Shown here piece after piece: positions 1-8,886 of a DNA stretch of 57,088 bases (within the stretch, counting starts at the first letter, position 1; every line of letters starts with the position of its first letter). The stretch is from positions 1 to 57,088 of the IMG/VR virus record IMGVR_UViG_3300037261_000179; one strand, 5' to 3'. The position numbers and the translations under genes are program-made. The notes under the pieces are model-generated. The model had not been told where the DNA came from. It did no database searches and saw nothing but the letters and a program-made list of their open reading frames with translations. Source of the stretch: a virus (lineage: Duplodnaviria > Caudoviricetes).

Positions 1-165
1 ATGCTGCTGCTCGAAAGAAAACCCAAAAGCAATGCGCAGACATCGTGCGCAAATACTACCCGCAAGCGCCAACCCTTTAACTTTGTTCGTCGCAAACCCG
101 GTCTTCCCACAAGCGCAAGTCGGCAGGAGCCGAGCCGGGGGCGAACTACTGAACCAAATACTAAA

Positions 166-372
166 ATGAACGCTCAAAAATCACTTCCCCTCGTTGGCCA
201 ATGGGCCGGGCGAATCGTCAAATACTCGAACCCAGAGCCGGGCGAAGAGTCCTTCTGTTTCCTTGTTATTGAGGACAACGGGGACCGGCTTCATATTGAG
301 GACTACCAGAACCAGGCTTTTCTAAAGCCGGTTGAAACAGTGGCACGTGAGGACGTGGAGCTTGCATCATGA
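166..372 (+). CDS. Hypothetical early protein
   Basis: ATG at 166 after an A-rich leader within ORF 1..372; stop overlaps the next start (ATGA). Confidence 0.6.
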   Translation: MNAQKSLPLVGQWAGRIVKYSNPEPGEESFCFLVIEDNGDRLHIEDYQNQAFLKPVETVAREDVELAS

Positions 373-1073
373 ACCCTTCCCGCGCACTGCGCGTACTGAT
401 AACGCACGAGAAAAGCGGTATGGTACGGCGCGCATTTGCCGCACTCGGCCACGACGCATGGAGCTGCGATTTGCAGCCGGCAGATGACCAAAGCCCACAA
501 CATTTTCAAGGTGACGCATTGCGGGCTATTAATCAGGGGTGCCCGATGGCTCGCCTTGATGGCTCGCGTATCTCCAGATATGAGCCTTGGGAATTCATTG
601 GCATGCACCCTGTTTGCACGTTCCTGAATGGGGCGGGCATTCACTGGAATAATCGCGGGCGCGGCTGGAACCAGACAGAGCAGGCGATTGACGACGTGCA
701 AGAACTCATGCGCGCGGCCAAAGACGTTCCGTACTATCTTGAAAACCCGGTCGGAATTATTTCAACGCGCATCCGCAAATCCGACCAGAGGATTCAGCCT
801 TACGAATTTGGCGACGATGCGAGCAAGAAGACGTGTCTTTGGTTGTCCGGTCTGCCGGCGCTGGTCAAAGATCCTGCCCTGCGCGTATCCGGTCGAATAG
901 TCGAATGGCCCAGAGGATCGGGCAAACTGGTTGAACGCTGGTCAAACCAGACCGACAGCGGACAGAACAAGCTCGCGCCGAGCGCCGACCGTGCGGCCAA
1001 GCGGGCCGCGACGTATCCCGGAATTGCCAGCGCCATGGCCGCGCAATGGTCCATCTACCTTTTATCCCTATGA
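369..1073 (+). CDS. Phage DNA cytosine methyltransferase-like protein
   Basis: LRVLITHEKSGMVRRAFAALGHDAWSCD (SAM-binding region variant), HPVC (PC motif), LENPVG (ENV-like), IQPYEFG, KKTCLWL, TYPGIASAMAAQW are typical of this phage family. Confidence 0.8.
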   Translation: MNPSRALRVLITHEKSGMVRRAFAALGHDAWSCDLQPADDQSPQHFQGDALRAINQGCPMARLDGSRISRYEPWEFIGMHPVCTFLNGAGIHWNNRGRGWNQTEQAIDDVQELMRAAKDVPYYLENPVGIISTRIRKSDQRIQPYEFGDDASKKTCLWLSGLPALVKDPALRVSGRIVEWPRGSGKLVERWSNQTDSGQNKLAPSADRAAKRAATYPGIASAMAAQWSIYLLSL

Positions 1074-1228
1074 CTATTACACAACTCCGCCAAATCTCCC
1101 GCCAGCTCTACGCCGAGCCCGCAAAGCCGTTCGCCCAGGCGCGGCCTCTGGTCCGTCCGTCCGATCATTTCAAACGCTATTCCCAAATCACCCATTTGCC
1201 CCGCAGCGGGGCGGAACAGAACAAATAA
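1070..1228 (+). CDS. Small hypothetical protein
   Basis: ATGA coupling to the upstream gene; fills the gap to the next gene. Confidence 0.5.
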   Translation: MTITQLRQISRQLYAEPAKPFAQARPLVRPSDHFKRYSQITHLPRSGAEQNK

Positions 1229-1240
1229 ACATTTAATCCC

Positions 1241-1894
1241 ATGGCCTCAATCCAACTCAAAACCATATTCGGCGACGTAATAATCGAAGGCGATTTTTCG
1301 TCCATCGCGGACGCCGTTAAAGCGGCAATGACTGCCAAAAAATCCCTCAGCTATGCGGACCTCCGCTCTGCGGACCTCAGCTATGCGAACCTCAGCTATG
1401 CGGACCTCAGCTATGCGAACCTCAGCTCTGCGGACCTCCGCTCTGCGAACCTCCGCTCTGCGGACCTCAGCTATGCGAACCTCAGCTATGCGGACCTCAG
1501 CTATGCGAACCTCAGCTCTGCGGACCTCCGCTCTGCGAACCTCAGCTATGCGAACCTCAGCTCTGCGGACCTCCGCTCTGCGAACCTCCGCTATGCGAAC
1601 CTCAGCTCTGCGGACCTCCGCTCTGCGGACCTCCGCTATGCGAACCTCAGCTCTGCGCTTCATGCGTATTCGCAAATTGCTTTTACGGGGCATGGTGAAT
1701 GCGGCAGAATGCTGATGGCCATCCAACTCAAGAAAGACGGAGCAATTGCATTTTTCTGTGGCTGTTTTAACGGCACGGAAAAGCAACTACGCCAGTATAT
1801 TAAAGACGGTGCGGCGCATCTGCGTAAAACCCGACTCTTGGCGCTTGAGACTTCGCTTGTCTTGATTGCAGCCGAAAACGACAAACAGGACTAA
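1241..1894 (+). CDS. Pentapeptide repeat protein
   Basis: 20 full L(S/R)(Y/S)A(D/N) pentapeptides plus a C-terminal CGCFNGT domain common in phage pentapeptide proteins. Confidence 0.95.
   Translation: MASIQLKTIFGDVIIEGDFSSIADAVKAAMTAKKSLSYADLRSADLSYANLSYADLSYANLSSADLRSANLRSADLSYANLSYADLSYANLSSADLRSANLSYANLSSADLRSANLRYANLSSADLRSADLRYANLSSALHAYSQIAFTGHGECGRMLMAIQLKKDGAIAFFCGCFNGTEKQLRQYIKDGAAHLRKTRLLALETSLVLIAAENDKQD
1346..1657 (+). repeat. 15-bp coding tandem repeat, about 21 units, CTC(A/C)GCT(A/C)TGCG(G/A)AC
   Basis: Read directly from the sequence; no spacers between units. Confidence 0.97.
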
Positions 1895-1898
1895 CCCC

Positions 1899-2291
1899 AT
1901 GCCCGACCAAAACAAAAGTCAGACGCCATTGCGAACAGTGCGGGAGATCAAAAAGGCCAAATACTTCGCGCAAAACTATCCGGTCGTGAGTGCCAACTTC
2001 GCTCTCGGGTTAGAGAAAGAAAAGAACGCGAGGATAGAAGCTCAGGAGGTGCTAATTGCAGAGCAGAACAAACTCGGTTTCGAGCGTCAAGAGTGGGCGC
2101 TTAAAAACGCCGATACTATTCGCGGGTTGAAAGAGCAAAACGCCGCCCTCGTGGCCGCGCTGAAAGCACTAATCGCCGCCGCCACCAAATTCACTATCGG
2201 CTGTAACTGCCAGGGGGCAGCGGCGGACGATGACTTTTCGGATGAACTTGACCGCGCCCGTCAAGCCCTCGCCCTAACTCGCCCCGTTTAA
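1899..2291 (+). CDS. Hypothetical coiled-coil protein
   Basis: ATG at 1899 just after the upstream stop; C-terminal ALVAALKAL...ARQALAL is typical of phage early proteins. Confidence 0.65.
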   Translation: MPDQNKSQTPLRTVREIKKAKYFAQNYPVVSANFALGLEKEKNARIEAQEVLIAEQNKLGFERQEWALKNADTIRGLKEQNAALVAALKALIAAATKFTIGCNCQGAAADDDFSDELDRARQALALTRPV

Positions 2292-2314
2292 CCGAAGCCT
2301 TCAACCAAGCAGCT

Positions 2315-2560
2315 ATGACAACCCTAATTCTATCCGTCCTCGACCTCTTCCTGGTCTCCGTCCTCGCGCTGTGGTTTATTGGTAGTCTCCTAACATCCAT
2401 CTTTCTCTTCATGAAAGACTCCTGCTCAAGTAAAACCCCGCTACCGTTAAGAATGCGCTTGGTTTATGTGGCGTATTTTATCAGCTTACCAGTCTTAATT
2501 CTTTGCCTCTTAATCGAGCGTCGTGACCCAAGCAACGAGCGCACGCCGCTGGGACTTTAA
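2315..2560 (+). CDS. Small membrane protein, two hydrophobic segments
   Basis: Two long hydrophobic stretches in 81 aa. Confidence 0.65.
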   Translation: MTTLILSVLDLFLVSVLALWFIGSLLTSIFLFMKDSCSSKTPLPLRMRLVYVAYFISLPVLILCLLIERRDPSNERTPLGL

Positions 2561-2564
2561 TACC

Positions 2565-3227
2565 ATGAGCACACCAAAACACGAGGCGGCGGCGAATGGA
2601 GGTCAGTCTTTCATTCGCCCAATTTGCCAAATGACCCCGACAATCCACAAAATATCTGACACGCCGCCGCAGTTAAGTGCCAGAGAAATGGCGTTTAAGT
2701 TCCTTAACTGTCCGCTCCACATCAAGCTAGAGATCGCAAAAAAGGCAGGTCTCTTGGAAGACGGCGACATGTCGATGACTCCCGATATTGAGATGTGTAA
2801 GACGTTCTTCCGTCGCGCCACTGAGCGCAACAAAGTCAGTGAGCTGAGCGCGGCAATACGAGAGTTTGCGCCCGACGCCCCGCAACCGCCCGCGAGCGGA
2901 GCGGGGGAGACGATTTTACCTATGAAAACCGCAATCGAATTAATCGCCGCCGAGCGCACTCGGCAAATCAAGAAAGAGGGTTACGACTCCGCGCATGATG
3001 ACCAGCTAGACGACAATTCTTTGGGTCGTGCTGCTGCCTGTTATGCACTCGACAGCAAAATCACGGACAAGGAAATTTGGGGTCGTCCTTTGCTTGACTT
3101 GATTTGGCCCTTTGACCCCGAATACTGGAAGCCAGACGCGAGCCGGATTCGTAATCTCGTCAAGGCTGGCGCGTTGATTGCGGCACAGATCGAAAAACTT
3201 CAACGCATTGAAGGAGGTCAGTCGTGA
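2565..3227 (+). CDS. Two-domain protein: GAAD-like helical adaptor fused to a common phage AERxRQ/WP domain
   Basis: N-part REMAFKFLNCPLHIKLEIAKKAGLLEDGD...FFRRATERNKVSEL; C-part IAAERTRQIKKEGY..HDD...AAACYA...WP..WKP...LVKAGALIAAQIE; possible internal ATG at 2922. Confidence 0.7.
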   Translation: MSTPKHEAAANGGQSFIRPICQMTPTIHKISDTPPQLSAREMAFKFLNCPLHIKLEIAKKAGLLEDGDMSMTPDIEMCKTFFRRATERNKVSELSAAIREFAPDAPQPPASGAGETILPMKTAIELIAAERTRQIKKEGYDSAHDDQLDDNSLGRAAACYALDSKITDKEIWGRPLLDLIWPFDPEYWKPDASRIRNLVKAGALIAAQIEKLQRIEGGQS

Positions 3228-3973
3228 GCGCCGATAAGCCCGCCCCAATCGCGGCCAGTCCTGCCGGGATGGGGACGCCGAGGACAGACGCAGCCGTTCA
3301 GGTTTATCACCATTGCCCGGCAGTTGATATTGGTTTCTCCCGTACCATGGAACGCGAACTAACCGAAGCGCAGGAGGAGGTTGCGCGGCTTGGTGATTGT
3401 TTTGTTGATTCAACCAAGCGAGGTGTTGCGCTTGAGGCAGCCTGTGCAGATGACCGGCGCAATTGCGAAATCATCTATGAACACATTCAGGCGCTTTGCC
3501 CTTGGGTTGAATCTCCTGATATGTCCCTCACGGAAGAAATTATCATTGGACTTCGTGGTGTTGAGATTCGGAATAAAGAGGCCGTCGATATAATTAATCA
3601 AGCGAGGGCCATGATTGAGACACAGCAGCACAACGAACGCCAAGTGAAACAGGCTTGGGAACAGCAGGTTGACGCCCTCAAGCAAGCCCACGCCGAAACG
3701 CTGGCGAAGCTCGCCGACGCCACCAACGAAGACCGCAACGGCATGGCGGAAATGCGGGCGCTGGTGGAGTCGATGCGGGGGGATTCGGAGCGGCTGGATT
3801 ATCTCGAATTGCTTCATCACCCGTGCCAACCCGAAACAGAGGATGAAGTTAGCCACATGTCGGTCACGATCTGCCTGCCAATGGGCGAGGTCTTAGTGAG
3901 AGATGTTTCTGTTCGCGCCGCCATCGACTCAGCCCGGGAGCAAGCGCCCAAGAACGGAGGGGACAAGCCATGA
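3224..3973 (+). CDS. Hypothetical coiled-coil phage protein
   Basis: TPRTDAA and DSERLDYL...RAAID modules are typical of phage early proteins; overlapping start and stop codons. Confidence 0.75.
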   Translation: MSADKPAPIAASPAGMGTPRTDAAVQVYHHCPAVDIGFSRTMERELTEAQEEVARLGDCFVDSTKRGVALEAACADDRRNCEIIYEHIQALCPWVESPDMSLTEEIIIGLRGVEIRNKEAVDIINQARAMIETQQHNERQVKQAWEQQVDALKQAHAETLAKLADATNEDRNGMAEMRALVESMRGDSERLDYLELLHHPCQPETEDEVSHMSVTICLPMGEVLVRDVSVRAAIDSAREQAPKNGGDKP

Positions 3974-4164
3974 AGCGCTACCACAAATTTTATCCTATGA
4001 AAACCCTGCTAAAAACTGCCCTGCTCCTTGTTCTGATCACCTGCGCCACCGGCTTTCACGGTGGCCGGGAAGTCCGGGTCCCTGAACGCATCCACGTAGT
4101 CTCCGGCCAGCGCATCAATATCTGGATCGTGGTCTGGGTCACGATCTGGGCTCCGTACTGGTAA
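3970..4164 (+). CDS. Small hydrophobic, possibly exported protein
   Basis: MKTLLKTALLLVLITCATG signal-like segment if it starts at the second ATG. Confidence 0.5.
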   Translation: MKRYHKFYPMKTLLKTALLLVLITCATGFHGGREVRVPERIHVVSGQRINIWIVVWVTIWAPYW

Positions 4165-4193
4165 TAACCCCCTCCGCCTAACAATTTTCTACC

Positions 4194-4334
4194 ATGAAAA
4201 ATCCCCTCTACCTTCCGCCAAAGTACCAGTGCAAAATCGACTGGCGCCGGCCTTCCGAGGTCATCCCGTTTGGGCTGGCGCTGCTCGGCCTTGGCGTGGT
4301 CCTCTTTGGCATCTTAACGTACGGAGGCTCCTGA
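4194..4334 (+). CDS. 46-aa single-TM protein (not in the ORF track)
   Basis: MKNPLYLPPKYQCKIDWRRPSEVIPFGLALLGLGVVLFGILTYGGS; ends 1 nt before the next ATG. Confidence 0.6.
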   Translation: MKNPLYLPPKYQCKIDWRRPSEVIPFGLALLGLGVVLFGILTYGGS

Positions 4335-4335
4335 C

Positions 4336-4716
4336 ATGGACTCAAACATCATCACCGCTCGTGACGGGCTTCTCTGGCGCAAGGGCCAGATGCTTGATGT
4401 TTTTCCCGCCGACGGGCTGGCTTATGAGCGCGGCCTGGGCTGCTGCGAGCAGCTGGTGCGCCTGATCGAAAAATGTCCGCTGATTGGTGCGATCGAGCTG
4501 GACGACTGGGATTGCACGGCGTCGGAAGCTGACGGCAGCGTGGCGGTCAACGAATGGCACGTTGTTGTGGCCGGCGCCGTCCGCCTGGCTCGAATGGAGC
4601 TGCATGAGCTTTTCCCAGAGGCGGCGGACTTCGTGGATGGCTGGGTCAAAAGCCGGCGTTATCGGCGGCTTATCGACCTGCGGAGGGATTGTCAGCGCCC
4701 GGAGGTCCTGCCGTGA
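4336..4716 (+). CDS. Hypothetical protein
   Basis: Tightly packed ORF in the + strand operon. Confidence 0.65.
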   Translation: MDSNIITARDGLLWRKGQMLDVFPADGLAYERGLGCCEQLVRLIEKCPLIGAIELDDWDCTASEADGSVAVNEWHVVVAGAVRLARMELHELFPEAADFVDGWVKSRRYRRLIDLRRDCQRPEVLP

Positions 4717-5003
4717 ATACAAGCCCCGACATTTTCCAGCCGGGTGACCGGGCAATCTGCATCGAGGCGGAGAAGGTCTGTCCGCGGCCTCTCCGCTGGC
4801 GGCTCTGGCGCTGGCTGACCGGGCGGAAGGACCCGCCCCGGCCGGCGTTCGCCGACGTGTGTTTTGTCTACAACGTTTTCGACGTGGCGCCGGGCGTGCA
4901 GTTCATCACGGTCACCAACACCGGGCTGGACCGGGTGTACCAGGCCAAGAAATTTCACCGGATCACGCCCGCATGCGTGGCGAAGGAGAGACATGACCTC
5001 TGA
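4713..5003 (+). CDS. Hypothetical protein
   Basis: GTGA overlap start; FQPGDRAICI N-terminus is typical of small phage beta proteins. Confidence 0.6.
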   Translation: MNTSPDIFQPGDRAICIEAEKVCPRPLRWRLWRWLTGRKDPPRPAFADVCFVYNVFDVAPGVQFITVTNTGLDRVYQAKKFHRITPACVAKERHDL

Positions 5004-5406
5004 AATCTTTTGTCTGGCAGAGGCGGCTTCCCTCCGCTCCGGCGGCTTTTCGCTGCTGCACACGTTCTCCAACTGGGGCACGGTGTCCTTTCCAACCACG
5101 GTGCTGGGCATGGTCTGCGCCCAGGTGCGCTTTTCTGCGGACAAAGGCGAGGCAGGGCAGCATGCGCTCCGGGCCGACCTCGTTTCGCCGGACGGAGAGG
5201 TGGTCTGGTCCTCGGACGAATCTCCCTGCACGGCGGTTTTCCCCACGGACAACAGCCAAACCTCCGCCGTGCATGCGGTCTGGCCCATGGCGGTCCAGCT
5301 CTTTGTCGCCGGCAATCACGAGCTTCGACTGGTCGTCAGCAGTCAGGAGACCAACAGCCGGCAGGTGCTGGCCGCCACGCCCTTGGGGATTGTGCAAGTT
5401 TCCTAG
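4993..5406 (+). CDS. DUF6941-like beta-sandwich protein
   Basis: IFCLAEAA...GGFSLLHTF...FP...LVSPDG pattern, recalled by eye. Confidence 0.55.
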   Translation: MTSEIFCLAEAASLRSGGFSLLHTFSNWGTVSFPTTVLGMVCAQVRFSADKGEAGQHALRADLVSPDGEVVWSSDESPCTAVFPTDNSQTSAVHAVWPMAVQLFVAGNHELRLVVSSQETNSRQVLAATPLGIVQVS

Positions 5407-5449
5407 TTTTAGTGTTGCAATACAGCTAAAACCTTCTACCGCTTTTCCC

Positions 5450-5647
5450 ATGCCCGCCCCGACGATCAGGATTGAAGTTACTTTCGACCGCACGGACGGT
5501 GACCGGCCTACGGTCTGCACGATGTTCGACCTGCAGGTGGCCAACGGCATGCTGGAAAAGATCAAGGCGATGGAGGATCTGGTCGTCAGTGCCGTGGTTA
5601 TCACCAACCTGACGGACAAGGAGCTGCGGTACACTCTTTCCAAATGA
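5450..5647 (+). CDS. Hypothetical protein
   Basis: ATG after an AT-rich intergenic segment. Confidence 0.6.
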   Translation: MPAPTIRIEVTFDRTDGDRPTVCTMFDLQVANGMLEKIKAMEDLVVSAVVITNLTDKELRYTLSK

Positions 5648-5900
5648 AATTCGGCGAAATTCCACCCCTCCCCACGCCGCTCCTGCCCAAGCCCGTCCCG
5701 ACTGCCTTCCATGAGAACCTTAAATCTTCCGTCATCTTGGTCGAAAATGAGCTTCTATGCGCGCCTAAACTATTTGGTCGATACGCACCAGGCTGCCGAC
5801 CACAAGGCGGCGCGGCAGCTGATCGGCAGGCAGAAACAGTCACCCCGTATCTCTTCAATGAGGACCCGGGAAGTGCGCCTCCCTTACGCTGACAACTAAA

Positions 5901-6335
5901 ATGAGAGTCCTAATCTGCGGCCTGTCCGGCTCCGGCAAAACCACCCTCGCGCAAGCCCTGCAGCACGAGCTAACCAACGCGGTGCACCTGAACGGTGACA
6001 CGCTGCGGGGCGAAGCCCGGGACACGGATTTCTCCGTGGAGGGCAGGCTGCGGCAGGCGGTCCGGATGCGCCAGCGCTGTGACCAGCTGCATCGGGAAAA
6101 CGCCGGGGCCTGCGTGCTGCTGGACTTCATCGCCCCCTTGTCGGCCTGCCGGGAGATCGTGGCGGCGCACATGATCATTTTCATGGACACAATCTCGATC
6201 AGCAAGTACCCCGACACTGACGCCATTTTCCAAAAACCCAACGAAAGCCTGCGGATCGTGACCCTGCGGGATTTTCGGTACTCCACCAAAAGCGTCGCCA
6301 ACATCATCGCCCAGTTCAGAAACCTCCTGCCATGA
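5901..6335 (+). CDS. Adenylyl-sulfate (APS) kinase-like P-loop kinase
   Basis: ICGLSGSGKTTLA Walker A, LNGDTLR, DFSVEGRLRQAVRM and FIAP match CysC-family motifs; shorter than cellular CysC. Confidence 0.8.
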   Translation: MRVLICGLSGSGKTTLAQALQHELTNAVHLNGDTLRGEARDTDFSVEGRLRQAVRMRQRCDQLHRENAGACVLLDFIAPLSACREIVAAHMIIFMDTISISKYPDTDAIFQKPNESLRIVTLRDFRYSTKSVANIIAQFRNLLP

Positions 6336-6796
6336 GCTTCAGCCCAAACGAAATGCCGGAAATGACCGGCGAGCCGGACCCGGCCAAGCCAATCGGGGGC
6401 AGCCCCGACTTCACCACGCCCGAGGAACGGGAGGCCCGGAGGCTGAAGGCCCAGGCGCAGAACGAGGCGGACTTGGAATTTCAGGCGGAGCAGCGCCGGA
6501 TTGCAGAGCAGCGCGAGCGCTTCGCCAAGGAGCGGGTACGCCTGACGCACGGTATACAGCACAACATAGTGAAAGTTCCGGCTGTTCCCAAGCTCGTGCA
6601 CTTGCTCGTCGCCAAAACCCTTGTAGCTGGCACTGACCGCTACGACCTGACCGTGGTTGGGTTCTACTCCAGCCGGGAAAATCTGGCGGAGCACATCGGA
6701 CCGGCTGCGGTAAAATACGCGGAAATCGGGGGAGCGGTGGGCATCATTGATTTTGACCTGACGCTGGTGCAGGATGCGCCGCCGCGAGAACCCTAG
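6332..6796 (+). CDS. Hypothetical protein
   Basis: ATGA-coupled ORF. Confidence 0.7.
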   Translation: MSFSPNEMPEMTGEPDPAKPIGGSPDFTTPEEREARRLKAQAQNEADLEFQAEQRRIAEQRERFAKERVRLTHGIQHNIVKVPAVPKLVHLLVAKTLVAGTDRYDLTVVGFYSSRENLAEHIGPAAVKYAEIGGAVGIIDFDLTLVQDAPPREP

Positions 6797-6851
6797 AATT
6801 AAAGTTGCAAAACAGCTTGACCTTCTCCGTTTAATTCTTCTACCTCCTATC

Positions 6852-7562
6852 ATGCCTCCAGAAACGCCTGTTCCTGCCCCACACTCCCCCACGGTCTCCC
6901 CCACCGATCCTGTGCCGGTCCTTTCGCTCATGCGCGACCAGTTAGCCGCAGCGGCGGAGCTTCTCGCCACGGAGCTGTCCGGCCTGGAGCAGGCGGCGAA
7001 GCCCACCACCTACCAGACCTACCGTTGGCTGGGCGGGGCGATGACCAGCTGTCAGGCCAAGCTCGTGGCGCTGGCCGATGCGGCAGGGGTCAAGATCTGG
7101 CCCGTGGCCGACGCCGGAATGATTCTTTTGCAGATGCACCTGCTGGCCGCCGACTTTGAAAACCGGGTGATCCAGTGCTTCAACGCCAAGGGCCAGCTGG
7201 ATCAGCTGCCGCCAGGGGAACCGGGCGAACCCAAGTTCGAAAAGGACCTGAAAGCCCTGATTGCCGTCAACAAGGCGTACACGGAGCTGCTGCACGAGCT
7301 GGCGGCCCTGTCCAACGCCCTTTCGTCTGACACCTACAGGCTGGGGATTTCCGAGGAGGAAAGGGCTGCCGCATGGCGGGCAGCGCGCAAGGCCAAGCTG
7401 GAGCAAGTGTATGAGGAGGCCAAAAAGGCGCTGGCCGAAGCCAGGGAGTACACGGAAAAGGTGCAAAAGTCCGTCGATGAAGTTGCCCGGCAGCTGGAAA
7501 CCAACGACCAGCTGACCTTTGGTGAAATCGACGGAGGCCATGCGCCGGAGATGGGGGAGTAA
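6852..7562 (+). CDS. Hypothetical helical/coiled-coil protein
   Basis: ATG at 6852 downstream of a TTGACC-containing intergenic segment; strong GC3 bias. Confidence 0.75.
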   Translation: MPPETPVPAPHSPTVSPTDPVPVLSLMRDQLAAAAELLATELSGLEQAAKPTTYQTYRWLGGAMTSCQAKLVALADAAGVKIWPVADAGMILLQMHLLAADFENRVIQCFNAKGQLDQLPPGEPGEPKFEKDLKALIAVNKAYTELLHELAALSNALSSDTYRLGISEEERAAAWRAARKAKLEQVYEEAKKALAEAREYTEKVQKSVDEVARQLETNDQLTFGEIDGGHAPEMGE

Positions 7563-7566
7563 CGCT

Positions 7567-7737
7567 ATGAAAATTTCATTAGAGCAACTGAAGGAAATGG
7601 AGTTGGCGGCAAAGCCTCTCGTGGAGTGGCTGACTAAGAACGGCGATCCTCACAGCACTATCACAATAGATGCTTCTGCTGTCGTGCTGTCGGAAGGTAT
7701 TGCATCCACCCCGGTACGTCGGGTTTTGAAACTTTGA
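7567..7737 (+). CDS. Small conserved-looking phage protein
   Basis: AAKPLVEWLTKNGDPHSTITID pattern. Confidence 0.65.
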   Translation: MKISLEQLKEMELAAKPLVEWLTKNGDPHSTITIDASAVVLSEGIASTPVRRVLKL

Positions 7738-7738
7738 T

Positions 7739-7999
7739 ATGAGCCGCAAACTCACATGCTGGAAAAAGATGCTGCACGTTCGCCCGTCGATCCTGCAGCT
7801 GATCGACACGGCGGCAACGATTCCCTTGCTGGAGGAAGCCGCCAAGCGTGCCGCCAGCGCCAAGGACGCTTCCGCCGAGACCCGGAGGCGCTGGGCTGAC
7901 GCTGTAGAGCGCCGGCTATTCATTCTGCAGCATACGCCGAAGAAATTTGTACCGATTCCGGACCCTTCGCCTGTTCATACCGATGACAACGAAAATTAA
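7739..7999 (+). CDS. Hypothetical protein
   Basis: Packed ORF. Confidence 0.65.
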   Translation: MSRKLTCWKKMLHVRPSILQLIDTAATIPLLEEAAKRAASAKDASAETRRRWADAVERRLFILQHTPKKFVPIPDPSPVHTDDNEN

Positions 8000-8654
8000 A
8001 CCAACGCCTTTACGTAAGCGTTTGCTCATAGCTGCCGCCGCAGTGTGGGGACGTTTTTACCGTGATGGAAAATTTCACGGCTCTCCGGAAAGTTCGCCGG
8101 ACAATGAAAAAGCCAGTGCTGTTGGGCACATTGACGGCAACATGCTCACCGATCTGAGCTTGGCGAAGGCTTCCGACTCAGCGGTTGAGACCAACGCAGT
8201 CAAGGAAGTGGAGCTTAAAAAGGCGGAAGAGGCTTTTCAATTTGTCATGCGAAAGCATGCTATTAGGAAAAATAGCGAAGAACTGGCAAAAGCTGCGTTT
8301 GATGCGGAGAACCCGTGGTTTAGATTCCGAAACCAGCTTGGCGCTTGGGAGTATCGCCGAAGCAAGGTAGTGGAGAGAAGTGGTCCATTAGCAGCCGAAC
8401 GCTGGGAAAAACAAAACCCAAAGCCGGTACAGCAAGTCGGGGGCTATAAGCCGACACTTTTAGTCGTCGAGGAAAGCCCGTTCACTCCAGAGCGCGAAAA
8501 AGAGCTGGAGCGGCAGTGGGCAGCATTGCAGAACGAGTGCTCATTCTGCCAAGGCCACGGCTGGAACGGAGATTTTACCAAGAGAAACAATCCAAAGCAG
8601 GTAACTTGCAAAGCCTGCAACGGCACCGGACAAACACCACCATGCAAGCCGTGA
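7983..8654 (+). CDS. Hypothetical protein with a C-terminal DnaJ-type zinc finger
   Basis: CSFCQGHG and CKACNGTG (two CxxCxGxG motifs). Confidence 0.7.
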   Translation: MTTKIKPTPLRKRLLIAAAAVWGRFYRDGKFHGSPESSPDNEKASAVGHIDGNMLTDLSLAKASDSAVETNAVKEVELKKAEEAFQFVMRKHAIRKNSEELAKAAFDAENPWFRFRNQLGAWEYRRSKVVERSGPLAAERWEKQNPKPVQQVGGYKPTLLVVEESPFTPEREKELERQWAALQNECSFCQGHGWNGDFTKRNNPKQVTCKACNGTGQTPPCKP

Positions 8655-8881
8655 CTATCCTCACCCCGCTGGTCTTCTGGCCGACAGTGAACGTCAGCCA
8701 CGAAGGTTCGATCGTACCCCGCTACGTGTCGTGCTCCGGAGAGCAGCACATTTACCCACCCGCGACGCCGGGCACAATTTTGCTGGAAGCCTCCCCTGGC
8801 CGGCACCTAGTCAAGCTGGAGGGGCACGACGCCTTCCGGTTCTGCGGCCCGGATGAATTCAAAGTTCTCAACCCCGAGTAA
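8642..8881 (+). CDS. Hypothetical protein
   Basis: Packed ORF. Confidence 0.55.
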   Translation: MQAVTILTPLVFWPTVNVSHEGSIVPRYVSCSGEQHIYPPATPGTILLEASPGRHLVKLEGHDAFRFCGPDEFKVLNPE

Positions 8882-8886
8882 ATCCC

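Noticed and set aside
1346-1657. Possible CRISPR array, and the repetitive alternative-frame ORFs 1247..1786 (-) and 1353..1715 (+)
   Set aside because: Units are contiguous 15-mers with no spacers; the other frames are shadows of the pentapeptide repeat
5644-5899. Overlapping ORFs 5644..5892 and 5711..5899
   Set aside because: One is probably real but I cannot tell which from the sequence; neither has a recognisable motif
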